From: Nitrospinota bacterium
Lineage (GTDB): Bacteria; UBA8248
Assembly (NCBI GenBank): GCA_036231405.1
Contig: JAZAHK010000018.1
Coordinates: forward strand, 1-38,625
DNA: 38,625 nt
Reading direction: 5' to 3'
Shown piece after piece: positions 9,253 through 18,435 of the stretch; the first letter of the stretch is position 1; each line of letters opens with the position of its first letter. The translations under genes were made by a program, and so were the position numbers. Under the pieces are notes generated by a model. That model had not been told where the DNA came from, did not search any database, and was given only the letters and a program-made list of their open reading frames with translations.

Positions 9253-10692
9253 ATGGTTGCGAAGAGGATCAAAAGACGTAACGTTTTAAAAGCGGGTGTG
9301 GGTGCCGTTGTTGGTTCTAGTTTGCTCGGTAAAGCACGAACAGTTTCGGCTGGCCCAGAAGAAGATAAAATTATTAGTATTGCAAAAAGGCTTCAACCTG
9401 CTGCAATGAACGGAATGATGTGGTCTTTATATTGGAGAAATTATCCAAAACTGAACAAAGAATATAAAAAAGCAACAGGAAGCAATATGGCAAAAGTGAA
9501 CGATGTTCCGAACTTGCTTATTCCTCAGCGTGCAATGGCGGAGGCTATAAGCCGTTCTGGAAAATTTGACGTTTTCCATGTTGAATCCATGATGATTCCT
9601 TCACTCGTTGCTGCGGGTCTTGCGGAGCCACTTGATGATTATATGAAGCAAGCGAACTTCGATTTAAAAATGGTGGGAAACTTTGAAAAGTTTATGCAAT
9701 ACAAAGGGGTTACCTATGCGATGCCAACAGACGGGAATGTCTGTCCCCAGCTGATAAGAAAAGATTATTTTGACGATCCTGATGAAAGGAAGGCATTTGC
9801 AGATAAGCATGGCAAGCCTCTTAAATGGCCTGTAACTTTTGAAGATGAACTTGAAGTTGCTAAATTTTTTCATCGACCTGAAAAAGAGTTGTATGGTTTT
9901 GGTGGGTTGAGAGATAAGGCAAATAGTAGCTTTTGGTACTGGCAGTACCTTTATGCTGCAGGTGGATTTCCTATTAGCGATGACGCAGAACCACAGCTGA
10001 CAACTCCTGCGGCACATTATGCGATGGATACTTTCCTAGCGCTTAAACAGGTTTCTCATCCTGAAGCTTCTGCTTGGGGTTCTCCTCAAATGATTCCAAG
10101 GTTGGTTGGCGGAAAAATTTTCTCCTGTCAGTACTGGGACGGAATTATTGCAAAGATTGAAGGTTCTAAATCCCCAACTCGTGGAAAATTCCGCTATGGT
10201 CTAGTTCCAGGTTCTAGATTTTCTGGAAAACTGATTCATAGGGCTTTCTCAGCTCCTGTTATGGGAATGGTAGTCAACAGGTATAGTCCTAGAAAAAGAC
10301 AGGCTGCGTATTGGGCTCTATATATGAGTACTTTGAAAAATAGTACAAGTGTTGTGGGTCATCCAACTATGACTTTCCATGATCCTTGGCATCCTGGACA
10401 TATGAATGCTGCAAGTACGGTTAAGGTTTATACAAAAGAGGGAATGAAAGCAGTACATGACTGTCTAAAAGTAACAACACCTCCTCCTTATTTAACTGGT
10501 TATCACGAGTTTAAAGAGGCGGTCGATAAGAATCTATCTGAAGCATACAATGGACAAAAGTCTGGCAAGCAGGCTTTACAGGATATGCAGTCTCGCTGGA
10601 CTAAAATCATACGGAAAATAGGGAAACGTAGAATTAAAAAAGAGATTCCTTATTACAAAGGAATGATGCCTAAGGTGAATGTTCCATCATAG
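9253..10692 (+). CDS. ABC transporter extracellular solute-binding protein (CUT1/SBP_bac_1-like) with Tat signal
   Basis: KRRNVLK twin-arginine signal; AGLAEPLDDY and YAMPTDG SBP motifs; GGAGG RBS; first gene of an ABC operon. Confidence 0.85.
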   Translation: MVAKRIKRRNVLKAGVGAVVGSSLLGKARTVSAGPEEDKIISIAKRLQPAAMNGMMWSLYWRNYPKLNKEYKKATGSNMAKVNDVPNLLIPQRAMAEAISRSGKFDVFHVESMMIPSLVAAGLAEPLDDYMKQANFDLKMVGNFEKFMQYKGVTYAMPTDGNVCPQLIRKDYFDDPDERKAFADKHGKPLKWPVTFEDELEVAKFFHRPEKELYGFGGLRDKANSSFWYWQYLYAAGGFPISDDAEPQLTTPAAHYAMDTFLALKQVSHPEASAWGSPQMIPRLVGGKIFSCQYWDGIIAKIEGSKSPTRGKFRYGLVPGSRFSGKLIHRAFSAPVMGMVVNRYSPRKRQAAYWALYMSTLKNSTSVVGHPTMTFHDPWHPGHMNAASTVKVYTKEGMKAVHDCLKVTTPPPYLTGYHEFKEAVDKNLSEAYNGQKSGKQALQDMQSRWTKIIRKIGKRRIKKEIPYYKGMMPKVNVPS

Positions 10693-10735
10693 GTTAGAAT
10701 GTTGATTCTTTGTTGATTTTTCCTTTTGTTCATCT

Positions 10736-10762
10736 AGGGTGTTTGGTGTATCCAAACACCCT
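10736..10762 (+). other. Intercistronic stem-loop (11-bp perfect inverted repeat) after the SBP gene
   Basis: AGGGTGTTTGG-tgtat-CCAAACACCCT, with no downstream U-tract. Confidence 0.75.
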
Positions 10763-10789
10763 TAGAGCAAGTAATATAAAGAAATCAAA

Positions 10790-11755
10790 ATGGCACAGTC
10801 CGCTTCGACACAAACTCAAAGCTTGGGAAATCTTTCCAGTCGATCCTCAGGAATAAGATTTTTTAAGTGGACACTCTTGAGTCCCATGATATGCCTTGCT
10901 CTTTTTTTGCTACCTGTTTTTATCCTCCAGTTGTATTTCGCGTTTCATTCTTGGACGATTTATCTTTCAAGTTGGTGGGATGCAGAATACGTAGGAATTG
11001 AACTTTTTCAGGAAGCACTTCAAGACAAACGTTTTTTTTGGGCCGTTGCCAGATCCATGCTTTTTGCAAGCTTGTCGACGATTGGATGTTTCGTTTTTGG
11101 TTTAATTCTTGCGCTACTAATGTATAGACCTTTTCGTGGACATAGTTTTTTCTACATTGTTTTCATTTTACCTATGCTTACAGTTCCTATAGTCATAGCC
11201 TATACCTGCGACATGCTTCTTTACAGGGCTGGTCCGATTAATGGATTTTTGAGTGCGATATTTGGAACAGAGATGCGATTTACCTGGCTTTCTAATCCTG
11301 ATTTTGCAATTTTTACAGTAATCATGCTTGAAATTTGGAATTGGACTCCTTTTACATTTATTATTCTAATTGCTGGCTTGTCTTCGATACCGAAGGAACC
11401 CATTGAAGCGGCTCGTATACTGGGTGCGAATCGCCTTAAAATTTTTCTCGAGATTCAATTGCCTCTTTTAAGACCAGTTATTTTTTTGGCGTTGATCCTG
11501 AGGTTTCTTGAGGCAATGGCTGAGTTTCCAAAAACATGGGGTCTTCTTCAGGGAGGACCAGGTTCTGCCACTGAGACGATTCCAATTTATCTATATCTGA
11601 TTACTTGGCAGTTTTTTGATATTTCTAAAGCTGCAGCAACTTCATATATTGTTATGGTGATTATGATAATTGTCGTTCTACTCGCTATTAGAGTTTTAAG
11701 AAAAGAGAAACAATCAATGGATACTCTTTATTCGGTTCGTTCTTCGAGGAATTGA
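10790..11755 (+). CDS. Carbohydrate-type ABC transporter permease (MalF-like)
   Basis: EAA loop EAARILGA; WNWTPF; TM segments. Confidence 0.9.
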   Translation: MAQSASTQTQSLGNLSSRSSGIRFFKWTLLSPMICLALFLLPVFILQLYFAFHSWTIYLSSWWDAEYVGIELFQEALQDKRFFWAVARSMLFASLSTIGCFVFGLILALLMYRPFRGHSFFYIVFILPMLTVPIVIAYTCDMLLYRAGPINGFLSAIFGTEMRFTWLSNPDFAIFTVIMLEIWNWTPFTFIILIAGLSSIPKEPIEAARILGANRLKIFLEIQLPLLRPVIFLALILRFLEAMAEFPKTWGLLQGGPGSATETIPIYLYLITWQFFDISKAAATSYIVMVIMIIVVLLAIRVLRKEKQSMDTLYSVRSSRN

Positions 11756-11761
11756 TGTTTT

Positions 11762-12673
11762 ATGGCTTATTATCTTAAACGTTGGAGATTTCCATTTTTT
11801 CGGTATTTGGTGTTAGGAATTTGGACTCTTATTGCTGGGTTTCCAATTTTCTGGATAGCAGCCACATCGTTTAAGCCCGCTCACCAATGGACGTCTTGGC
11901 CTGTAGTTTACGTTTCGAATGAGCCTACTATGGAAAATTACCGTGAAGTTTGGGGGATAAGGGAAAAAACAGTGGAGGAAGCATCGCAGACCTATGAGAA
12001 AGGTAAGGATGCGAGACCTGAATCAGTTTCTATGAATAAGGCATGGAAAGCTTTTGGGAACAGTCTTTTGATAGCTTTAATTGCGACCTCTTTAACCGTT
12101 GCTTTTGGAACTGTCATTGCTTATGGTGTTTCTCGTTTCCAAATCCTTTCTGAAATAAGAATGTTCCAATTACTAATGTTAAGAATGATTCCACCGATAG
12201 TTGTTGCTGCACCGCTAACCTTGTATTACACAACCCTTAATTTAATGGATAGTGTGACAGGACTAGTATTAATTTATTTCATAACGACTCTTCCGTACGC
12301 AGTTTGGATGACTAAGAGTTTTATTGATGAAGTCCCCAGAGAAATAGAACAAGCAGCGGAGTTACTGGGTGCAACTAGATGGCGAACAATCGTAGAAGTT
12401 GTTTTTCCTCTGATTCGTTCGGGAATTGTAGCTACATTCATGTTTATTTTAATTCTAACTTGGAGTGAATATTTGATGTCTTTTATTCTCTCGAAAGTTG
12501 ATGTGGTTACTCTTCCTGTTCAATTGAGCAAGTATGAGGGTTCTACTGAGGGAAGAATGTATGGCACACAATCAGCTCTTGCTGTTGGTATTACGCTTCC
12601 TCTAATGTTAATCGGAATTTTTATTCGAAAACATCTTGTTAGAGGGTTTACTTTTGGAATGGTGAAGAGGTAA
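11762..12673 (+). CDS. Carbohydrate-type ABC transporter permease (MalG-like)
   Basis: TSFKP, NSLLIA, EIEQAAELLGA, WSEY, HLVRGFTFGMVK. Confidence 0.9.
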   Translation: MAYYLKRWRFPFFRYLVLGIWTLIAGFPIFWIAATSFKPAHQWTSWPVVYVSNEPTMENYREVWGIREKTVEEASQTYEKGKDARPESVSMNKAWKAFGNSLLIALIATSLTVAFGTVIAYGVSRFQILSEIRMFQLLMLRMIPPIVVAAPLTLYYTTLNLMDSVTGLVLIYFITTLPYAVWMTKSFIDEVPREIEQAAELLGATRWRTIVEVVFPLIRSGIVATFMFILILTWSEYLMSFILSKVDVVTLPVQLSKYEGSTEGRMYGTQSALAVGITLPLMLIGIFIRKHLVRGFTFGMVKR

Positions 12674-12677
12674 TCAA

Positions 12678-13754
12678 ATGTCTCAGATTGAATTAAAAAA
12701 ATTACGTAAAGTGTTCGGAGAAAATATTGAAGCAGTTAAGGATTTAGATTTAGTGATTGAAGAAGGCGAATTTGTAGTACTGGTTGGTCCTTCTGGTTGC
12801 GGCAAGACCACTACTTTAAGAATGATTGCGGGTTTTGAAGAACCTACTTCTGGGGAAGTAGTTATAGACGGTGAGATGGTAAATGATCGTGACCCTAAGG
12901 ATAGAAATTTAGGAATGGTTTTTCAAAGCCATGCTTTGTTTCCACACAAAACCGTTTACCAGAATATAGAGTTTGGGCCTCGAATGAAAAAAATTCCTTT
13001 AGAAGACAGAAAAAAACGCGTGGAGGAAGTAGCTGAAATGGTTCATATTACGCCATTGCTTAACAAATTGCCGTCGCAATGTTCAGGAGGAGAAGCACAA
13101 AGGGCCGCACTTGCTAGGACCCTAATTACTAATCCTGGGTCTTTTCTCTTAGATGAACCTCTTTCTAGTTTAGATGCTAAACTTCGAAGAGAAATGAGAG
13201 CTGAAATTGATCGACTACATCAGGAACTTAAAAAAACATTTGTTTATGTGACACATGATCAAGAAGAAGCCATGACTCTTGCGGATCGAATTGTCGTTAT
13301 GCGTGCGGGAGAGATCGAACAAGAGGGAATCCCGATGGAAATTTATAACGATCCAAGTAGTTATTTTGTTGCAGATTTTTTTGGGAGTCCATCAATGAAT
13401 TTACTTGATGGTAATATTCGCAAGGGTTCTTCCGGTGAATCCTTCGTTTTTGAGGGATACGGATTATCCTTAGATTTACCACGATTGGATAATTTAGTAG
13501 AGGGAGAACATTGCGTTGGAATAAGACCAGAAAGTATTTCCGTTGGTGATAGTGATAATGGCTTAGAACTATCTGTTAGTTTGGTAGAACCTATGGGAAA
13601 AGATACTCTTTTGTATTTTTCTCATTCTGCTGAGCGCCCTTTGATTGCAGTTGTTGAAGGTTCAACGAAAATCCAATCTGGTGATCTCGTAGTTGTTCAA
13701 TTTCCCAAGGATAGTATCTATGTATTCGACTCGGATGGGATTAGAGTAAAATAG
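12678..13754 (+). CDS. ABC transporter ATP-binding protein (MalK/UgpC-like with TOBE domain)
   Basis: Walker A GPSGCGKTT, signature CSGGEAQR, LLDEPLS, YVTHDQEEAM, GIRPE. Confidence 0.93.
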   Translation: MSQIELKKLRKVFGENIEAVKDLDLVIEEGEFVVLVGPSGCGKTTTLRMIAGFEEPTSGEVVIDGEMVNDRDPKDRNLGMVFQSHALFPHKTVYQNIEFGPRMKKIPLEDRKKRVEEVAEMVHITPLLNKLPSQCSGGEAQRAALARTLITNPGSFLLDEPLSSLDAKLRREMRAEIDRLHQELKKTFVYVTHDQEEAMTLADRIVVMRAGEIEQEGIPMEIYNDPSSYFVADFFGSPSMNLLDGNIRKGSSGESFVFEGYGLSLDLPRLDNLVEGEHCVGIRPESISVGDSDNGLELSVSLVEPMGKDTLLYFSHSAERPLIAVVEGSTKIQSGDLVVVQFPKDSIYVFDSDGIRVK

Positions 13755-13880
13755 CCTATAAATAATTGTATAATTTTTTCAAATAACAAAAACGTCTTTT
13801 CAAAGATATTACAAAGTGTGATTCATAAATAAAATTCTTTTATTCGTTTTAGTGCCATTCTTATAGAAAGGTGGGGGAAG

Positions 13881-14756
13881 ATGTCTAAAAAAATTGCATA
13901 TCTTGGGTTAGGAACTATGGGAAGGGCCATGGCTCGTAATTTAGTGGAGGCTGGTTATATAGTTAGAGGATATGATCCAGATTCGAATGCAAGAGAAAAT
14001 GCAAATAGTTTTGGGGTGGAAGTTTTCTTAAGTGCTGCGGAAGCAGCGAGTGATGTAGATGTGATTTGCAGTTCTGTTCCTAGGACAGAACATGTGAAGG
14101 AAACTTATCTCTCAGATAATGGGGCCTTATCGACTGCATCGAGTGGAACTGTTTGTTTTGATTTTTCAACTATTTCGCCAGAGGGTAGTTGTGAAGTCGC
14201 CGAAGGAGCTAAAAAAAATGGAGTTATTTTTCTTGACACCCCAGTAGGTGGGAGTGAACCACAAGCAATTACTGGAGATTTACATGTTATGGTCGGAGGG
14301 GATAAAATCGCATTTGAAAAGCATAGAGATATTTTGGAAACGCTTGGAAAAACTGTGCATTATTTTGGGGATAATGGTACTGCTTTAAAGATGAAACTTG
14401 TTGCGAATCAAATATTTTCTATTTTCATGTGTGCCATTTCCGAAGGACTAGTACTTGGGATGAAATCCGGTTTAGATCCAGTAGAGATGATTGACTATTT
14501 TAAGACAAGTTCTCATCCAAGGGTTTTTGACTTAAAGGGAGATGCCCTTGCAAAGAAGGATTATACTCCTACATTTAAAGTTGACCTTATGAAAAAGGAT
14601 TTAGGTTTAGTGGCTGAGATGGCATCTTATGCGAACATGCCTACCAATTTTGCAGCTCTTGCATGGCAAGTTTTTAAGTCAACATCAGCACTTGGTTTTG
14701 GGGATCAAGATCAAGCAGCAATAAGAGAGTTTTTCGAAAAAAGCTCAGGAAACTAA
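13881..14756 (+). CDS. Beta-hydroxyacid dehydrogenase (3-hydroxyisobutyrate/tartronate semialdehyde reductase family)
   Basis: GLGTMG, DFSTISP, FLDTPVGGS, MVGG, catalytic MKLVAN, LMKKDL. Confidence 0.88.
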   Translation: MSKKIAYLGLGTMGRAMARNLVEAGYIVRGYDPDSNARENANSFGVEVFLSAAEAASDVDVICSSVPRTEHVKETYLSDNGALSTASSGTVCFDFSTISPEGSCEVAEGAKKNGVIFLDTPVGGSEPQAITGDLHVMVGGDKIAFEKHRDILETLGKTVHYFGDNGTALKMKLVANQIFSIFMCAISEGLVLGMKSGLDPVEMIDYFKTSSHPRVFDLKGDALAKKDYTPTFKVDLMKKDLGLVAEMASYANMPTNFAALAWQVFKSTSALGFGDQDQAAIREFFEKSSGN

Positions 14757-14762
14757 TTGAGA

Positions 14763-15296
14763 TTAGGTAAGTAATTCAAGGATTCTTGGTGTTATTTCTA
14801 TCGCACGTTCTCTCAATTGTTCTTCATTTAAACTGCCTACAGGATGAGGAATATACGCTATAGGGTAATTATCTATTCCTCTTATTTTTGCGACCACTTC
14901 CGCAGTTTTTCTGAATGGTTCCGTACATATGACCGCAGTCGGTATTCCTAGTTTTTCTAGTTCGATTCCGTCGTGCACACTGCACGATGAGCAAGAACCT
15001 CAATCGCCCACTGCAGTGATTACAAAGTCACATTTTTTTGCCATTTCTTCATACATTTCTTCTTCAGCGGGACGTGTGTCGTATTCCTTTTTAAGTTCTA
15101 TTGTTTCATGTGGTGTGATTCCCTTTTTTTGTAGTTCTTGAAGTATAAAATGCATTAACTTCTCACCACCTATTTTCGAATTCCAAAGAAGACCACATTT
15201 TTTTTGATTTAGGTCGGATACTCTTTTTGCGAGTTTCCCCTCTTCGGTATTCATTTCTACAGTTGGATCAAAAATAGGAATTCTATTCTCAGTCAT
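14763..15296 (-). CDS. UGSC-family selenoprotein, 177 aa, Sec at codon 99 (UGA at 15000-15002)
   Basis: The two track ORFs (15000-15296 and 14763-14978) share a frame and are separated by a single TGA. Read-through gives DFVITAVGD-U-GSCSSCSVHDGIELEKLGIP. A SECIS-like hairpin follows the TGA, and only the first ATG has an RBS (AGGAG). Confidence 0.9.
14964..14999 (-). promoter_or_regulatory. Candidate bacterial SECIS element
   Basis: mRNA after UGA: GGUUCU-UGCUCA-UCGUGCA-GUG-UGCACGA-C-GGAAUC. It has a perfect 7-bp upper stem, a G-containing apical loop about 20 nt from UGA, and a lower stem GGUUCU/GGAAUC. Confidence 0.75.
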
Positions 15297-15305
15297 TTTT
15301 TTCTC

Positions 15306-16349
15306 CTAGGACGTCTGGGAAAATCGAATTTCTGGAGAAAAAATCTTTTTGGTTACTGTTACTCCATTTCTTCTTCTACTCCAAGAGGGAACCCAAGAGG
15401 AGTGACCTCCCGCTTCCCCCCCTGCTACCACAATAAAAATGTCGTTTGGACTTAACGCATGGCGCACATTGCCATCCTGATCAGCCCATCCTGCACTATC
15501 AATCTTTCCAGTTTCTCTCAGTTTTTTTTCTGGAATTGTTGCATGTTTATAAATATATTCTTTGATCTCCTGTTTAGTTTTATATTCCTTGCTTATTATT
15601 TTTGCGTGTTCAGGAGAAAAAACAAAAAAACTTTGCCCTTCACTCATACTTCCGAGAGATGACATTGTGTTACATGAGGTATCGAGAATTCCTTTTGCTA
15701 GTCCGTAGTGGTTCTGAATATTGTGCGGACCTTCTGTTGCTAGAAGAGTGACCGTACTTTCTTCTTTCTCAAAACCCAATTCGACACTGAGTGATTCCCA
15801 TGGGCTTAATTCTTCATTTTCACCGAAAGTTAAACTATATTTTCCAGGGTTCCCCTGCGTAGACCGATCCATAAGTCCGGGTTTAGCACCTAGGCAGTTA
15901 ATTAATACCAATCTTATGGCTCTTCCAATGGATGCGTTAGCTCTAGACCCAGGTCCGTAAAAGTTTGTTCCTGAATTTAATGAGATTTCTGGACGAACTG
16001 GTCCATTTACGACCATAAGTGGAGCCGCACCACCCGTACTAGATGCACTCGCATGAACGTTATAATCCGGATCTGCCATGGCTTCTAGTGCAGAGATTAA
16101 GACCGGCATATAAACTGGTAGGCATCCTGCAAGAATTGCATTAATTGCAATTTTTTCTGCTTCTACACTTCTTTTTCTTTCAGGTACTTCAAAAATTATT
16201 TGACCTTCTCGTATTCCTCCCGAATCTAGAAAGGTTCGTATCATCTCTTTCGTAGGAGGAATGATAGGCAGACCATCTGTCCACCCTTTTTTATGGTAAA
16301 AATCGACAGTTTCAAAAAAACTTTCTTTATATTCAATTGGTTCTATCAT
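15306..16349 (-). CDS. Uncharacterised UGSC-associated protein (GWTDGLP family)
   Basis: GWTDGLPIIPPT, IAINAILAGC, VNGP, RANASIGRA, QGNPGKY, ENEELSPW and VAGGEAG motifs; its stop overlaps the RBS of the selenoprotein. Confidence 0.8.
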   Translation of the reverse strand: MIEPIEYKESFFETVDFYHKKGWTDGLPIIPPTKEMIRTFLDSGGIREGQIIFEVPERKRSVEAEKIAINAILAGCLPVYMPVLISALEAMADPDYNVHASASSTGGAAPLMVVNGPVRPEISLNSGTNFYGPGSRANASIGRAIRLVLINCLGAKPGLMDRSTQGNPGKYSLTFGENEELSPWESLSVELGFEKEESTVTLLATEGPHNIQNHYGLAKGILDTSCNTMSSLGSMSEGQSFFVFSPEHAKIISKEYKTKQEIKEYIYKHATIPEKKLRETGKIDSAGWADQDGNVRHALSPNDIFIVVAGGEAGGHSSWVPSWSRRRNGVTVTKKIFSPEIRFSQTS

Positions 16350-16380
16350 TATTTTACTATTCTTAATTTTAAAAATTTAA

Positions 16381-16959
16381 TTAATCATTATTTTTTTGCG
16401 TGTTCGCAAGTAAAGAGGTTTTAGTAAAGAGTGATTTTAATTCGTAGCCTTTTTCAGCAAGAATTTCTTTTCCCCCTTCTTCCCGATCTACGAGACAGAT
16501 CACCTCTTGCACTTGAAGATTATTGGCCACTGACGCCTCGATTGCCATAATCGTTGAACTTGCAGTAGTCACTACGTCTTCTACTATGGCAACTTTCATT
16601 TTTTGTTTAAGATTTTTGAGACCTTCTATTCTGTTTTGTAGTCCATGTTGTTTGTCGTTTTTTCGTATGATAAACGCGGGAAGATCGTATCCATTCAAGG
16701 CAGCTGTCAATGAAATTGCCGTAACCATTGGATCAGCTCCAAGTGTAGGACCCCCTACTGCTTCACACTCTGTTTTTCTCAAAATTTCAAAAATGAGTTT
16801 TCCTACCAAAAGTGCTCCCGTCCCATGGAGCGTGACTTGTCTACAGTCCACATAAAAATCACTTTCTTTGCCAGAGGCTAAAATAACTTGTTTTTTTTTA
16901 TAGGATTTTTTAAGTAAAAGAAGTTTTAGTTCTTCCTTAGATTTTTCTTGTTCATACAA
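16381..16959 (-). CDS. pyrE: Orotate phosphoribosyltransferase
   Basis: LASGKESDFYVDCR, GGPTLGADP, IRKNDKQHG, PRPP motif VEDVVTTASS. Confidence 0.92.
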   Translation of the reverse strand: MYEQEKSKEELKLLLLKKSYKKKQVILASGKESDFYVDCRQVTLHGTGALLVGKLIFEILRKTECEAVGGPTLGADPMVTAISLTAALNGYDLPAFIIRKNDKQHGLQNRIEGLKNLKQKMKVAIVEDVVTTASSTIMAIEASVANNLQVQEVICLVDREEGGKEILAEKGYELKSLFTKTSLLANTQKNND

Positions 16960-17005
16960 AATTTTTTACCCCAAATAAAGAGTTAATCAGAAAGAACTTT
17001 TATTT

Positions 17006-17476
17006 TCACTTTTTTTCATCCGGTCCTATGCTGATATTTATTTGAACTAACGAATCTTCAGGGTGTACATGAATGTGTGCTACCCAACCCTTTTTTTGAA
17101 AAGTCATCAAGGTAGATTTTTGTTCAAAAGTTCTTATCAAAGACCAACCAAAAGAATGCATATTATCTTTGTAAAAATTAATTACCCTTACGTAGTCTGC
17201 TTCCCCTGCATACACTAAATTCCCTGCGCGTGTACCTATGGATTCGAATATGAAAGACTTCTTCGTAATGAGTTTGAATTTTCTAGGGACAGGGATATCT
17301 TTAAGACGATAATTCTCTTTGTTTACTTTCTCTCCAAATTCTGCTCTTTTTTCAGAATCTTTTGTCCCTCGGTTACTAAAAATTTGACAACTCATTATGG
17401 ATGTTGATAGAAAAAAGAGAAGTAGTATTCTAAGGAACTTATTGATAGTCTGTAATTTTTGGTTTGTATTTTTCAT
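17006..17476 (-). CDS. Hypothetical lipoprotein
   Basis: Hydrophobic signal with IMSC lipobox; DIPVP...FYKDNMHSFGW pattern. Confidence 0.7.
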   Translation of the reverse strand: MKNTNQKLQTINKFLRILLLFFLSTSIMSCQIFSNRGTKDSEKRAEFGEKVNKENYRLKDIPVPRKFKLITKKSFIFESIGTRAGNLVYAGEADYVRVINFYKDNMHSFGWSLIRTFEQKSTLMTFQKKGWVAHIHVHPEDSLVQINISIGPDEKK

Positions 17477-17619
17477 TTATCTTGAAGGAAAAAGGACGGG
17501 ATAAAAAACAGGAGTTTAATTGGTTAGAAAAAATAACCATAACTTCAAAATTATAATCATAAATTTGAATCTTTGATAGTGTGTTTTTTTGTTTTATATA
17601 AAAAATATGAGTTGATTAA

Positions 17620-18375
17620 ATGAGATTTAATACTCAAAAGAGCATTTATATTTTTCTTGTTATTTCATTGGTTTTCTCATGTATTTTAATACATGGATAT
17701 TCTTACGCGATTAGTGACGGGAATACTCTATTAAATAAAAATACAAATGAGTTTGAAAGGTTTGTTCTAGTAATTGATCCCGCACACGGAGGTAGGGATA
17801 TGGGAAGTAAAGGTGTGAATTTGAGTGAAAAAACATTTTCTTTTAAAGTCGCAAAGTTTTTAAAAAATAAAATTTCTAAATACAAAAAAATTAAAGTAGT
17901 TTTGACAAGAGATACGGACAAGGAACTTACAAACTCTCAACGTACAGGAATTGCAAATTTTAATAATGCAGATCTTTTCTTGTCTATACATGCGGACTCT
18001 TCATGGAGAGTCGGAGATAGAGGACCAACCGTATTTGTCTCATCTCCCCAGCGTCCTGCTCGATTAAAAGGAGAGTCTCAAATTGCTGTAAGTTACCGTT
18101 GGGAACGTGGTCAAAATGTTCATCTTGTAAGAAGTATTAGATTTGCAAAAGGGCTTTTAAAGAGATTTGATAGAATCGATAAAAAGAAGAAAACGAAATT
18201 TCATCTTTTCCCTTTAAGGATTCTTGAAGGTGCAAGAATGCCCGCTTTATATATAAGTATGGGCGTAATTTCTTCTCCAGAGGATGAAGCACGTTTATTA
18301 GAAATCGGTGAAGATAATTCATATATTGAATCAATTGTTTTGGAAGTTTTATCGTTTTTCCGTATCAGTCGATAA
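17620..18375 (+). CDS. N-acetylmuramoyl-L-alanine amidase family (Amidase_3), catalytic Glu apparently replaced
   Basis: VIDPAHGGRD, LSEK, VVLTRDTD, ADLFLSIHAD, RMPALYISMG; N-terminal signal; upstream of a GerMN gene. Confidence 0.85.
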   Translation: MRFNTQKSIYIFLVISLVFSCILIHGYSYAISDGNTLLNKNTNEFERFVLVIDPAHGGRDMGSKGVNLSEKTFSFKVAKFLKNKISKYKKIKVVLTRDTDKELTNSQRTGIANFNNADLFLSIHADSSWRVGDRGPTVFVSSPQRPARLKGESQIAVSYRWERGQNVHLVRSIRFAKGLLKRFDRIDKKKKTKFHLFPLRILEGARMPALYISMGVISSPEDEARLLEIGEDNSYIESIVLEVLSFFRISR

Positions 18376-18435
18376 AATTTATATTAGCTAAACTTTTGAT
18401 CGAGAATTTTTAATTTTATTTAAAAAGATAAAGAT

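Noticed and set aside
13807-13835. TGTGA half-site as a CRP/FNR box upstream of the dehydrogenase
   Set aside because: The second half-site (TCACA) is absent
14763-15296. Pseudogene, or two separate small genes
   Set aside because: A single in-frame TGA at a UxxC position with a downstream SECIS-like hairpin is better explained by selenocysteine
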